Made by a program: the position numbers and the translations under genes. Source: Alphaproteobacteria bacterium (GTDB lineage: Bacteria; Pseudomonadota; Alphaproteobacteria; CADEGL01). From it: a stretch of DNA of 45,204 bases. The notes under the pieces were generated by a model that searched no databases, had not been told where the DNA came from, and worked only from the letters and a program-made list of their open reading frames with translations. The DNA is taken from positions 1-45,204 of the forward strand of contig JBGPGW010000001.1 in the NCBI GenBank assembly GCA_041484095.1, given 5' to 3'. Shown one piece after another: positions 33,174 through 42,560 of this stretch (positions are counted from its first letter, which is position 1; each line of letters opens with the position of its first letter).

Positions 33174-34484
33174 GTGACCATCAGCGTGGCTATCGTCGGA
33201 TCAGGCCCGGCCGGTTTCTACACCGCCGCGGCGCTGCTGGAGTCTAGCGCCGACTGCACGATCGATATCATCGAGCGTCTGCCGACGCCCTTTGGCCTCA
33301 TCCGTGGCGGCGTGGCGCCCGATCATCAGTCGACAAAACGCGTTCAGAAAGCGTACGAGCGGACGGCTCTTCACGACCGCGTGCGCTATTTCGGCAATGT
33401 CGAGATCGGCCGCGGCGTCAGTCTTGCCGAATTGCGCGCGATCTACGATGCCGTGGTGTTGTCCGTTGGCGCGCCCTTCGACCGCAAACTCGGCATCCCC
33501 GGCGAGGACAAGCACGGCGTCTTCGGATCGGCGGCGTTCGTCGGGTGGTATAATGCGCATCCGGATTTCTGCGACCTCAATCCCGATCTCAACACGAGCG
33601 GAGTGGCCGTCATCGGCAACGGCAACGTGGCCATCGATATCGCGCGCGTCCTCGTCAAGACGCGGGCCGAAATGACCGCGTCCGATCTACCTGACTTCGT
33701 CGCGAGCGCGGTCGACGCGGCCCCGATCCGCGACGTCTACATGTTCGGGCGTCGCGGGCCCAACGAAGCAAAATTCACGAACGTCGAGCTTCGCGAAATG
33801 GGCGAGCTCGAGAATTGCCATCCCGTCGTCGATCCCGCGCAACTGCCCGAGGAGATCACGGGCGAGATGTCGGACCGCGACCGGCGCCTGCGGGAGAAGA
33901 ACCTGGCCACCTTGCGCGATTTCCTGAAGTTGCAGCCGGGGACGAAGCAGAAGCGCGTGCACTTCGCCTTTTTCGCCAAACCGGTCGAGATCCTGGGCGG
34001 CAGCCGCGTCGAAGGGTTGCGCCTCGAGCGGACCAGGGTCGTCGACGGGCGGGCCGTCGACACCGGCGAATTGTTCGAAATCAAATGCGGCATCGTCATT
34101 CCGGCGATCGGCTACACCGCTGAGCCGATCGAGGGCGCACCCTTCGATCGCAAGCAGGGCGTCGTCGTCAACACCGATGGCCGCGTCGAGACAGGGCTTT
34201 ATGTCGCGGGATGGGTAAAGCGGGGGCCGACGGGCGTCATCGGCACCAACAAGCCCGACGGCGACGCCGCGGCCGAATGCATCCTCAAGGACCTCGGCGC
34301 GGGCGGAAAGCCCGGCCGGGCCGCGCTCGAAGCCCTTCTGGCGAGCAGGGGTATCCGGGCGGTGAGCTATCAGGACTGGAAGATGATCGAGGCCGCGGAG
34401 ATCGCCGCCGCGCCCCAAGGGGCCCCGCGGCGTAAATTCGCGCGCATAGCTGATATGCTCGCCGTGCTTGGACGAGCGGGTTAA
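33174..34484 (+). CDS. FprA / adrenodoxin-reductase-type NADPH:ferredoxin oxidoreductase
   Basis: GTG 33174 is preceded by GGGGGAG. (V)TISVAIVGSGPAGFYTAAALL...LPTPFGLIRGGVAPDHQSTK...VAVIGNGNVAIDIARVL...LYVAGWVKRGPTGVIGTNK follows the FprA/AdR pattern. 436 aa. The track ORF (from 32352) is an antisense run across pgk. Confidence 0.85.
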   Translation: MTISVAIVGSGPAGFYTAAALLESSADCTIDIIERLPTPFGLIRGGVAPDHQSTKRVQKAYERTALHDRVRYFGNVEIGRGVSLAELRAIYDAVVLSVGAPFDRKLGIPGEDKHGVFGSAAFVGWYNAHPDFCDLNPDLNTSGVAVIGNGNVAIDIARVLVKTRAEMTASDLPDFVASAVDAAPIRDVYMFGRRGPNEAKFTNVELREMGELENCHPVVDPAQLPEEITGEMSDRDRRLREKNLATLRDFLKLQPGTKQKRVHFAFFAKPVEILGGSRVEGLRLERTRVVDGRAVDTGELFEIKCGIVIPAIGYTAEPIEGAPFDRKQGVVVNTDGRVETGLYVAGWVKRGPTGVIGTNKPDGDAAAECILKDLGAGGKPGRAALEALLASRGIRAVSYQDWKMIEAAEIAAAPQGAPRRKFARIADMLAVLGRAG

Positions 34485-34679
34485 CCCGGCCTCGTCAAGC
34501 ATTTACCAAAGAGTCCAGTGGACCCCCAGGGGAGATCATCCTAACTTTACCCTCTAAGAGCGATCTACCCGGCTTCTCTTGGAGCTGGGCGGACAGTTCA
34601 ACTCGCCCCTGCACAGGGCGCGATGTCGAGCGGGGAACCGCGAGAGACCTGAGTATTCACGGCTACGGACCTTCCAAAC

Positions 34680-36548
34680 ATGGCGATAGCGACCGCAGAA
34701 AAACTCACCGCGCCGCGACGGCAGACGATCGAATCGGTGGTCGTCCGCTTTGCCGGCGATTCGGGCGACGGCATGCAGCTGACGGGGAGCCAGTTCACGG
34801 ACACGACGGCGCTTGCCGGCAATGATCTCGCCACCTTTCCGGACTTTCCGGCCGAGATTCGCGCGCCCGCCGGCACGACCTACGGCGTCTCGGCATTCCA
34901 GATCAACTTCGGCTCCCAGGTCATCGAGACCGCCGGCGACGAACTCGACGTCCTGGTCGCGATGAACCCGGCGGCCCTCAAGGTCAACCTCGCGGACCTT
35001 CGCCCCGGCGGCACCGTCATCGTGGATACCGGCGCCTTCAGCGCCAAGAACCTCCAGAAGGCCGGTTACGCGGCCAATCCGATCGAGGACGGGTCGCTCG
35101 AGAAGTACCTGGTCATCACCATCGACATGTCGCGGCAAACGTTGGAATCCGTGAAGCCGACCGGCATTTCCCAGCGCGATGGCCTCCGTTGCAAGAACAT
35201 GTGGTCGCTCGGCCTCATCTATTGGATGTACGGCCGCGATCGGCAGCCGACCGTCGACTGGCTCAAGGGCAAATTCTCGAAGCGCGCGGAAATCGCCGAG
35301 GCCAATATCGCCGCCCTCAATGCGGGCCATGCGTTCGCCGAGACGGCCGAGATGCACGATCCCGTGCCGTCCTATTTGGTTCCGCCGGCGGAAATCGCCC
35401 CCGGCCACTATCGCAACGTGACCGGCACCGAGGGTCTGGCGTGGGGACTGCTGACCGGGACGAGCCTTGCCAGCGTCAGGATGGCGTTTTGTTCCTATCC
35501 CATCACGCCGGCCTCAGCACTTCTCCACGTGCTCGCGGGTTTGAAACAGTTCGACGTCTTCACCTTCCAGGCCGAGGATGAGATCGCCGCCATTTGCGCC
35601 GCGATCGGCGCATCCTATGCCGGCTCGCTCGGCGTCACCTCGAGCTCCGGCCCGGGCATCGCGCTCAAGACGGAGGCCATGGGCCTCGCGATCGCGACGG
35701 AGCTGCCGCTCGTGATCGTCAATTCGCAGCGCGCCGGCCCGTCGACCGGCATGCCGACGAAGACCGAGCAATCCGACCTTTATCAGGCCGTGTATGGCCG
35801 CAACGCCGATAGCCCGCTCGTGGTCCTGGCGACGCGTTCACCCGGCGATTGTTTCGATGTCGGCATCGAGGCCGTTCGCCTCGCGACCCGTTACATGACG
35901 CCGGTGATCGTGCTGACCGACGGCTACATCGCGAACGCAGCCGAGCCGTGGCGGATTCCCGATGTCTCGACGTACAAGCCGTTCCCCGTGTCCTTCCGCA
36001 CCGATCCGAACGGGTTCCATCCCTTCCTGCGCGACGCGACAAGCTTGGCCAGGCCATGGGCCATTCCCGGAACGGTCGGCCTCGAACATCGCATCGGCGG
36101 CATCGAGCGGGATTACGACAGTGGACACATCTCCTACGACCCGAGCAATCACCAGCGCATGACCGACGTGCGCGCGAATAAGATCCTCGGCGTCGCGAAC
36201 GACATCCCCCCGCAGACCGTGTCCGACGGTCCTTCCTCGGGCCGGCTGGCGGTGGTCGGATGGGGCTCGACCTACGGGCCGATCAGCCGGGCTGTCGCCC
36301 ATCTCAGAAGCGAGGGTAAGTCGGTCTCGCACATTCACATCCGCCATATCTGGCCGTTGCCGCGCAATCTCGGCGAACTGCTCAAGAGTTTCGACAGGGT
36401 CCTGGTGCCTGAAATGAACACGGGACAGCTGGTCACGCTGCTCCGCGCGCAGTTCCTGATCGACGCCGAAGGCCTCAACAAAGTCACGGGCAAGCCGTTC
36501 AAGATCTCGGAGATCGAGTCCGCGATCCGCGCCCGTTTGGAGACGTAA
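34680..36548 (+). CDS. korA: 2-oxoglutarate/2-oxoacid:ferredoxin oxidoreductase alpha subunit
   Basis: VVVRFAGDSGDGMQLTGSQFT...FPDFPAEIRAPAGT...SYPITPAS...GPSTGMPTKTEQSDL. 622 aa, fused gamma-alpha KorA type. Confidence 0.9.
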   Translation: MAIATAEKLTAPRRQTIESVVVRFAGDSGDGMQLTGSQFTDTTALAGNDLATFPDFPAEIRAPAGTTYGVSAFQINFGSQVIETAGDELDVLVAMNPAALKVNLADLRPGGTVIVDTGAFSAKNLQKAGYAANPIEDGSLEKYLVITIDMSRQTLESVKPTGISQRDGLRCKNMWSLGLIYWMYGRDRQPTVDWLKGKFSKRAEIAEANIAALNAGHAFAETAEMHDPVPSYLVPPAEIAPGHYRNVTGTEGLAWGLLTGTSLASVRMAFCSYPITPASALLHVLAGLKQFDVFTFQAEDEIAAICAAIGASYAGSLGVTSSSGPGIALKTEAMGLAIATELPLVIVNSQRAGPSTGMPTKTEQSDLYQAVYGRNADSPLVVLATRSPGDCFDVGIEAVRLATRYMTPVIVLTDGYIANAAEPWRIPDVSTYKPFPVSFRTDPNGFHPFLRDATSLARPWAIPGTVGLEHRIGGIERDYDSGHISYDPSNHQRMTDVRANKILGVANDIPPQTVSDGPSSGRLAVVGWGSTYGPISRAVAHLRSEGKSVSHIHIRHIWPLPRNLGELLKSFDRVLVPEMNTGQLVTLLRAQFLIDAEGLNKVTGKPFKISEIESAIRARLET

Positions 36549-36549
36549 G

Positions 36550-37578
36550 ATGAACATCGCGACGCCCGTCTCGAACCTGAAGCCCGAGGACTTCGAGTCC
36601 GACCAGGAGCTGCGCTGGTGCCCCGGCTGCGGCGACTACGCGATCATCAAGTCCGTCCGGAAGGCATTGGCCGAGATCGGGACGCCGAAGGAAAAAACCG
36701 TCTTCGTCTCCGGCATCGGCTGCGCGGCGCGCTTCCCCTACTACATTTCGACCTACGGATTTCACACGATCCACGGCCGCGCGCCGGCGGTCGCGAGCGG
36801 CGTGAAGCTCGCCAATCCCGAGCTCGATGTCTGGGTGGTCGGCGGCGACGGCGACATGCTCTCGATCGGCGGCAATCATCTGCTGCATGCGTTGCGGCGC
36901 AACGTGGACCTCAACATCCTCCTGTTCAACAACGAGATCTACGGACTCACGAAAGGCCAATATTCGCCGACCTCGCGCATCGGGACGCGCTCGCCCTCGA
37001 CGCCCGGCGGATCGATCGATACACCCGTCTCGGCCACGCTGTATGCGCTTGGCTGTGGTGCCCACTTCGTTGCGCGCGCGATCGACACGCAGCAGAAGTA
37101 CATGCCCGACGTCCTCAAGCGCGCGCATGCCCACAAAGGCGCGTCGTTCATCGAGATTTTTCAGAATTGCATTGTCTACAATGACGGCGTGTTCGACGAT
37201 TTCACGGCCAAGGAGGTCGCGACGAACGCGCAGATCCAGGTCGTGCACGGCAAGCCCCTTCGTTTCGGCAAGGACGGCGCCAAAGGTCTGCGATTGAAGC
37301 CGGGTGCGCTCGAACTCGAAGTCGTGACGATCGGCGAGAACGGCGTCGGGGAGGCCGATATCCTCGTCCATGACGAGACCAACCGGACGCTCGCCACATG
37401 GCTTGCGGCCATGGAGCCGCCGAACTTCCCCGTGGCCCTCGGCGTGCTCTACTGCAATCCTGCGACACCCTACGATCGGGCGATGTACGAGCAGATTGCG
37501 GCCGTCCGCGCCAAGGGCGCCAAGGCCGACCTGAACGCCCTGCTGCGGCGCGGCCACACCTGGCGGGTCGGCGCCTAG
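36550..37578 (+). CDS. korB: 2-oxoglutarate/2-oxoacid:ferredoxin oxidoreductase beta subunit
   Basis: WCPGCGDYAIIKSV...SGIGCAARFPYY...HGRAPAVASG...GGDGDMLSIGGNH (TPP-binding). Starts 2 nt after korA. 342 aa. Confidence 0.9.
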   Translation: MNIATPVSNLKPEDFESDQELRWCPGCGDYAIIKSVRKALAEIGTPKEKTVFVSGIGCAARFPYYISTYGFHTIHGRAPAVASGVKLANPELDVWVVGGDGDMLSIGGNHLLHALRRNVDLNILLFNNEIYGLTKGQYSPTSRIGTRSPSTPGGSIDTPVSATLYALGCGAHFVARAIDTQQKYMPDVLKRAHAHKGASFIEIFQNCIVYNDGVFDDFTAKEVATNAQIQVVHGKPLRFGKDGAKGLRLKPGALELEVVTIGENGVGEADILVHDETNRTLATWLAAMEPPNFPVALGVLYCNPATPYDRAMYEQIAAVRAKGAKADLNALLRRGHTWRVGA

Positions 37579-37865
37579 CGGAAAGCCGCGTCCGGCCACC
37601 GGAGGGGGAACGACCCGGCATCGCGGTTCCCGAAATATTCGCCCGCGGCCCGCACCCTCAATCGTTCGGCTGAGTGTCGGCGTCCTGTCCATCCTGCGCC
37701 CCACGCCCCCAATCCGACGGGGTCGCGAGCCGGGGCCCTTGCGGCGAATGCCACCCATCGTCTGGCTTACGGAGTGCCTCCCGGCGCTCAAGGCTTTCGC
37801 GGCGGTGCGACTCCCCATAACCTAGCGCCGTGATCGCTCGTCAGATCGCTCCGGAGGACAGTGCA

Positions 37866-40196
37866 ATGTCGAAGGCCTTTCCCACGCATGCCCAGGTCGT
37901 CATCGTCGGCGGCGGCATTGCGGGCTGCAATCTCGCCTATCACCTGGCACAGCTCGGCTGGCGTGACGTGGTGGTCCTCGAGCGGCAGAAGCTCTCTTCC
38001 GGCACGACGTGGCATTCCGCCGGCAACGTGACGCGGCTGGTGAGCGGGCTTTCGACCATGCGGCACTTTCACTATGCGGCGGAGCTCTACAGCGGGCTCG
38101 AGAAGGAGACCGGCCAGGCGACGGGCTGGCGGCAATGCGGGCGCGTGATGATGGCGCGCACGCCGGAGCGCATGGCGGAGCTCCGCCGTCTGAAAACGCA
38201 AGGGCGAACGCTCGGCATCGACATCCACGAAATCTCGCCGCGCGAGGTGAAGGAGAAGCTGCCGCTTTTCCACACCGATGATTTGCTCGGCGCCATTTGG
38301 AGCCCGACCGACGGACGCGTCAATCCGACGGACGTGCTGATGGCCCTCGTGAAAGGCGCGCGCACGCTGGGCGTGCGCTTTGTCGAGAACGTCGGGGTGA
38401 CGGGCTTCCGCACGACGCAAGGACGCGTCGCCGCGGTCGCGACGGACAAGGGCGAAATCGCCTGTGAGGTCGTGGTCAATTGCTGCGGCCTCTGGGGCCG
38501 GCAGCTCGGCGCCCTCGCCGGGGTCAATGTTCCGCTCTACGCGGCCGAACATTTCTACATGCTGACCAAGCCGATCAAGGGTGTCGCACCCGACATGCCG
38601 ACCTTCCGCGATCCGGATGGCCTCATCTATGGACGGGAGGATGTGGGCGGATTGCTTGTCGGCTGCTTCGATGTCGGCGCCAAGGCCCTGCCGGTCGAGC
38701 GCATCCCCAGCGATTTCTCCTTCAGCCTCCTGAACGAGGATTGGGATCAGTTCGAGCCCTATATGAAGACGGCGATTCACCGGATTCCGGCGCTGGAGAC
38801 GGCCGAGGTGCGCATGCTCCTCAACGGCCCCGAAAGCTTCACGCCCGACGGCAACGCCCTCGTGGGCGAAGCGCCCGAGCTCAAGGGCTTTTTCGTGTTG
38901 GCGGGCCTTAATTCCGCCGGCGTCACGCTGTCGCCGAGCACGGCGCGCGTGCTCGCCGAGTGGATCGTCACGGGCGCGCCGACGACGGACGTGACGGACA
39001 TCGACATCCGACGCTTCGGCCGGTTCCACGGCGAAGAATCATTCCTCAGGGCGCGCGTGACGGAGATGCCGAGCTCCCACTTCTTCGTTCACGATCTCGG
39101 CCTCGACTTCAAGACCGGCCGCAACCTGCGCCTCTCGCCTTTTCACGATCGGATGAAGGCGCGTGGCGCCTCCTTCGCCCCTGCCTTCGGCTGGGAGCAG
39201 CCCGTATGGTTCCGCGACAACGGCGCCGACCATCGGAGTGCCATCGCCGCCGAGTATCGCGCCGCAAAGTCGGCCGTGGCGCTGCTCGAGCGCACCTCTC
39301 TTGGCAAGATTCTGGTCCAGGGACGGGATGCGGGCGCCTATCTTCAAACCCTCGCCGCGAACGATGTGTCTCTCGCGCCCGGCGACGCACAGGCGACGGC
39401 GTTTCTCAATTCCCGGGCCGGCGTCGAATCGACCCCTGTCATTCTTCGGCTCACGGAGGACGAGTGGCTGGTCCTGACGGGCGCGGAGCAGTCGGTTCGC
39501 GACCTCGATTGGATCACGCAACATGTCCCCTCGACGCAACATGTCGCGGTGACGCCGGTCGACGGCGCGTGGGCCGGTTTGGGTCTTCGCGGCCCTGCCA
39601 TGGCCAAGCTGTTTGGTGCGCTCGGGACACACGCGCCCAAGGGCGGTGCCGGGACGGTCGAGATCGGCTATGCCACGGCGCGTGCCGTGCGCGGCGCATT
39701 TGGCGATGATTGGCTGTTGCTCGTGCCGAGCGAGTTCGCGCTCGCCCTCTATGACGCGATCATCGAGGCGGGCGCGGCTGCCGGCCTCGTCCACGCTGGC
39801 TCCGCCGCAAGCGAGACGCTGCGCATCGCGGACGGAAGGGCCGCGTGGGGAATCGATGTGAGCGGCGCGGTCCACGCGCATGCCGCAGCGCTCGACGGCG
39901 CGGTCGATGCGCGAAAGCAGGCTTCGTTCCTCGGCTGCGGCGCGCTCAGCGACAAGCCGGGCGCGGCATCGATCCGCCGGTGCTTCGCGCTCGGCGATGC
40001 CAAGGTCCAGGCGCATGGCAGCGAGCCCATCCTTCATCGCGGCAAGGTCGTCGGCGTCACGACGTCGGCCGCCTATCTTCCCGATCTCGGCCGATCGGTC
40101 GTCATGGGCTATGTGCCCATGCGCCTTGGCGACCAGTCGTTATCGATCGAAGTCGAGTGCCGGGATATCGCCCTCAAGCCTTATTCGCCGCGCTAG
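37866..40196 (+). CDS. FAD-dependent oxidoreductase fused to a GcvT-like aminomethyltransferase domain (dimethylglycine/sarcosine dehydrogenase family)
   Basis: Start MSKAFPTHAQVVIVGGGIAGCNLAYHLAQLG...SSGTTWHSAGNV (histidyl-FAD context). The C-terminal half has the GcvT fold pattern (...ILVQGRDAGAYLQTL...RIADGRAAWGIDV...). 776 aa. Confidence 0.85.
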   Translation: MSKAFPTHAQVVIVGGGIAGCNLAYHLAQLGWRDVVVLERQKLSSGTTWHSAGNVTRLVSGLSTMRHFHYAAELYSGLEKETGQATGWRQCGRVMMARTPERMAELRRLKTQGRTLGIDIHEISPREVKEKLPLFHTDDLLGAIWSPTDGRVNPTDVLMALVKGARTLGVRFVENVGVTGFRTTQGRVAAVATDKGEIACEVVVNCCGLWGRQLGALAGVNVPLYAAEHFYMLTKPIKGVAPDMPTFRDPDGLIYGREDVGGLLVGCFDVGAKALPVERIPSDFSFSLLNEDWDQFEPYMKTAIHRIPALETAEVRMLLNGPESFTPDGNALVGEAPELKGFFVLAGLNSAGVTLSPSTARVLAEWIVTGAPTTDVTDIDIRRFGRFHGEESFLRARVTEMPSSHFFVHDLGLDFKTGRNLRLSPFHDRMKARGASFAPAFGWEQPVWFRDNGADHRSAIAAEYRAAKSAVALLERTSLGKILVQGRDAGAYLQTLAANDVSLAPGDAQATAFLNSRAGVESTPVILRLTEDEWLVLTGAEQSVRDLDWITQHVPSTQHVAVTPVDGAWAGLGLRGPAMAKLFGALGTHAPKGGAGTVEIGYATARAVRGAFGDDWLLLVPSEFALALYDAIIEAGAAAGLVHAGSAASETLRIADGRAAWGIDVSGAVHAHAAALDGAVDARKQASFLGCGALSDKPGAASIRRCFALGDAKVQAHGSEPILHRGKVVGVTTSAAYLPDLGRSVVMGYVPMRLGDQSLSIEVECRDIALKPYSPR

Positions 40197-40226
40197 CCCG
40201 AGCCCCGAACAGCGAGAGAAGAGATC

Positions 40227-42560
40227 ATGGGCCAATTCGGCATCGGCCAGCCGATCCGCCGGCGCGAGGATGTTCGCCTTCTCACCGGACAGGGCCGGTT
40301 CGTCGACGACAGGGCCCCGCCCGGCACGGCGCATGCCCATGTGTTGCGGTCCCCGCACGCGCATGCGCGCATTCGCGCGCTCGATACATCGACAGCCTTG
40401 CAATGCCCGGGTGTGTTGGCGATCGCCACCGCCGCGGATCTGACCCATGACGGCCTGTCGCCCATCCCGTCGCTTTACACCCCGCCGCTGCCGCCGGGCG
40501 CGCCATTCAACCTGGCGCCGCAACCCATTCTCGCCGGCGACGTGGTTCGGTTCGTCGGCGAGCCGGTCGCCTTCATCGTCGCCGAGACGCTGGCCCAGGC
40601 CGAGGAGGCGGCCGACAGGATCGCGATCGAGTACGAACCGATCGCGGCCGTCACCGAAACCGCCGCGGCGTCGGCGCCAGCGTCGCCGCGTCTCCACCCG
40701 ACCGCGGCCGGCAATCTTTGCTACCGGTTCGAAGCCGGCAACGCCGCCGCGACCGATGCCGCGTTCGCCGCGGCATCGAAGGTCGTCTCGCTCTCGGCCA
40801 TCAACAACCGCATCATCATCAACGCGATGGAGCCGCGCGCGGCACTCGGGTCCTACGACCGCGGCAGCAGCCGATTCACGCTCCATACCAATTCCCAAGT
40901 TCCGCACCGCTTCAAGGCGCTCCTCGCGGAACACCTGTTTCATCGTCCGGCCGATCGCTTCCGCGTCGTCGTCGGCGATGTCGGCGGCGGCTTCGGCGCC
41001 AAGAACCAGTTCTATCCCGAACAGGCGCTCGTGTTATGGGCGGCGCGCCGAACAGGCCGGCCCGTCAAATGGATCGGCACGAACAGCGAGGGATGCCTCA
41101 CCGACATCCAAGGGCGCGACAATGTCAGCACGGCCGAGCTGGCCCTCGATGCCGACGGCCGGTTCCTCGGCCTCAGGGTCCGCACGGTCGCAAGCCTCGG
41201 CGCGTACCTCGCGAATATGGGTGCCTTGATTCCGACGGCCGGCGTCACGGCCCTTGCCGGGGTGTACAGAACGCCGGCAATCCACGTCGTCGTCGATGCC
41301 GTGTTCGCGAACATGCCGCGCACCGACGCCTATCGGGGCGCCGGCCGGCCGGAGGCGAATTATCTGCTGGAACGCCTCATCGATCACGCCGCGCGCGACA
41401 TCGGGCTCGATCCCGTCGCGCTGCGGCGGCGCAACATGCTTTCGCCGGCCGAACTGCCGCACACGACGCCGTTCGGCACGACCTATGACGTCGGCGCGTT
41501 CGCCCGTCTCATGGACGAGGCACTTCGCCGGGCCGACGCGGCCGGGTTTCCGGAACGGCGCGCGGCCGCCCGCCGCCGCGGCCGCGCGCTCGGCCTCGGG
41601 CTCGCATCGATCATCGAGCGGTCCGGCGGCGGCGGATTCGAGGAACGCTCGGAAATCCGATTCGCGCCCGACGGCCGTGTGACGGTCCTCTCCGGCATGA
41701 TGGCGAACGGCCAGGGACATGAGACGACGTTTGCGCAAATCGTCTCGGAGATGCTCGGCCTTGCGCCCGACGAGGTGACGATCGTGCAAGGCGACACCGA
41801 TCTCATCCGCACGGGCATCGGCACGGCGGGATCGCGGTCGCTCATTCTCGGCGGCTCATCCCTCTTCGGCGCGATCGAGCACGCCGTCGCGGCCGGCCAG
41901 CCGATTGCCGCCCATCTGCTCGAAGCGGCCTCCGCCGATGTTCATTTCCATGCCGGCGGCTACCGGATCGCCGGCACCGATCGCGACGTTTCGCTGAAAG
42001 ACGTCGTGCGCGCGTCCTTCGATTCGCGGTGGGGCGGTGCTGAGGATCGCTCGGCTCTCGACGCCGACGCGCGCTTCAAGGCCGATCACAGCTACCCCAA
42101 TGGGTGCCATGTCGCGGAAGTGGAGATCGATCCCGATACGGGCGCGGTCGAGCTTACGCGCTACACGGTCGTCCATGATTCCGGCGTCGTGCTCAATCCG
42201 ATGATCGTCGAGGGCCAGTTGCACGGCGGCCTCGCCCAGGGCGTGGGACAGGCGCTTCTCGAGGAAGCGCGGTTCGATCGTGAGACGGGACAGCCGCTGA
42301 CCGGCACTCTGCTGGACTATGCCGTGCCGCGCGCGGACGACTTGCCCGCTTTCGACATCACGCTCGATGGCATCCCGACCGCGACGAACCCGCTGGGCGT
42401 CAAGGGGTGCGGCGAATCCGGCGCCTCGGGCGCGCCGCCCGCGATCATGAACGCGCTCATCGATGCCCTGGCGCCCTTGGGCGTGCGCCATATCGACATG
42501 CCGGCGACCCCCGAGCGGGTGTGGCAAGCGATCCGATCCGCCGGCGGTACCCAGCCGTGA
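40227..42560 (+). CDS. xanthine dehydrogenase/aldehyde oxidase-family molybdopterin-binding large subunit, form-II CoxL-like
   Basis: IGQPIRRREDVRLLTGQGRFVDD...HAHARI... with the active-site loop AYRGAGRPE (the form-II CoxL type, not the form-I AYxCSFR). 777 aa. Only 30 nt separate it from the upstream gene. Confidence 0.9.
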   Translation: MGQFGIGQPIRRREDVRLLTGQGRFVDDRAPPGTAHAHVLRSPHAHARIRALDTSTALQCPGVLAIATAADLTHDGLSPIPSLYTPPLPPGAPFNLAPQPILAGDVVRFVGEPVAFIVAETLAQAEEAADRIAIEYEPIAAVTETAAASAPASPRLHPTAAGNLCYRFEAGNAAATDAAFAAASKVVSLSAINNRIIINAMEPRAALGSYDRGSSRFTLHTNSQVPHRFKALLAEHLFHRPADRFRVVVGDVGGGFGAKNQFYPEQALVLWAARRTGRPVKWIGTNSEGCLTDIQGRDNVSTAELALDADGRFLGLRVRTVASLGAYLANMGALIPTAGVTALAGVYRTPAIHVVVDAVFANMPRTDAYRGAGRPEANYLLERLIDHAARDIGLDPVALRRRNMLSPAELPHTTPFGTTYDVGAFARLMDEALRRADAAGFPERRAAARRRGRALGLGLASIIERSGGGGFEERSEIRFAPDGRVTVLSGMMANGQGHETTFAQIVSEMLGLAPDEVTIVQGDTDLIRTGIGTAGSRSLILGGSSLFGAIEHAVAAGQPIAAHLLEAASADVHFHAGGYRIAGTDRDVSLKDVVRASFDSRWGGAEDRSALDADARFKADHSYPNGCHVAEVEIDPDTGAVELTRYTVVHDSGVVLNPMIVEGQLHGGLAQGVGQALLEEARFDRETGQPLTGTLLDYAVPRADDLPAFDITLDGIPTATNPLGVKGCGESGASGAPPAIMNALIDALAPLGVRHIDMPATPERVWQAIRSAGGTQP

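Noticed and set aside
37579-37865. The 287-nt leader upstream of the GcvT-domain gene contains CACCGGAGGGGGAAC (about 37599) and CCGACGGGGTC (about 37715). These resemble the CCGAAGGGGCAA core of glycine riboswitch aptamers, and a CUCCGGAGGACAG sits near the start codon.
   Set aside because: The conserved GGAGAG segments and the CUCAGGCAAAAGGAC-type closing elements are missing. The first match sits only about 20 nt after the korB stop with no room for P1. The resemblance is no better than expected in GC-rich DNA. An Rfam cmscan with the Glycine model would settle it.
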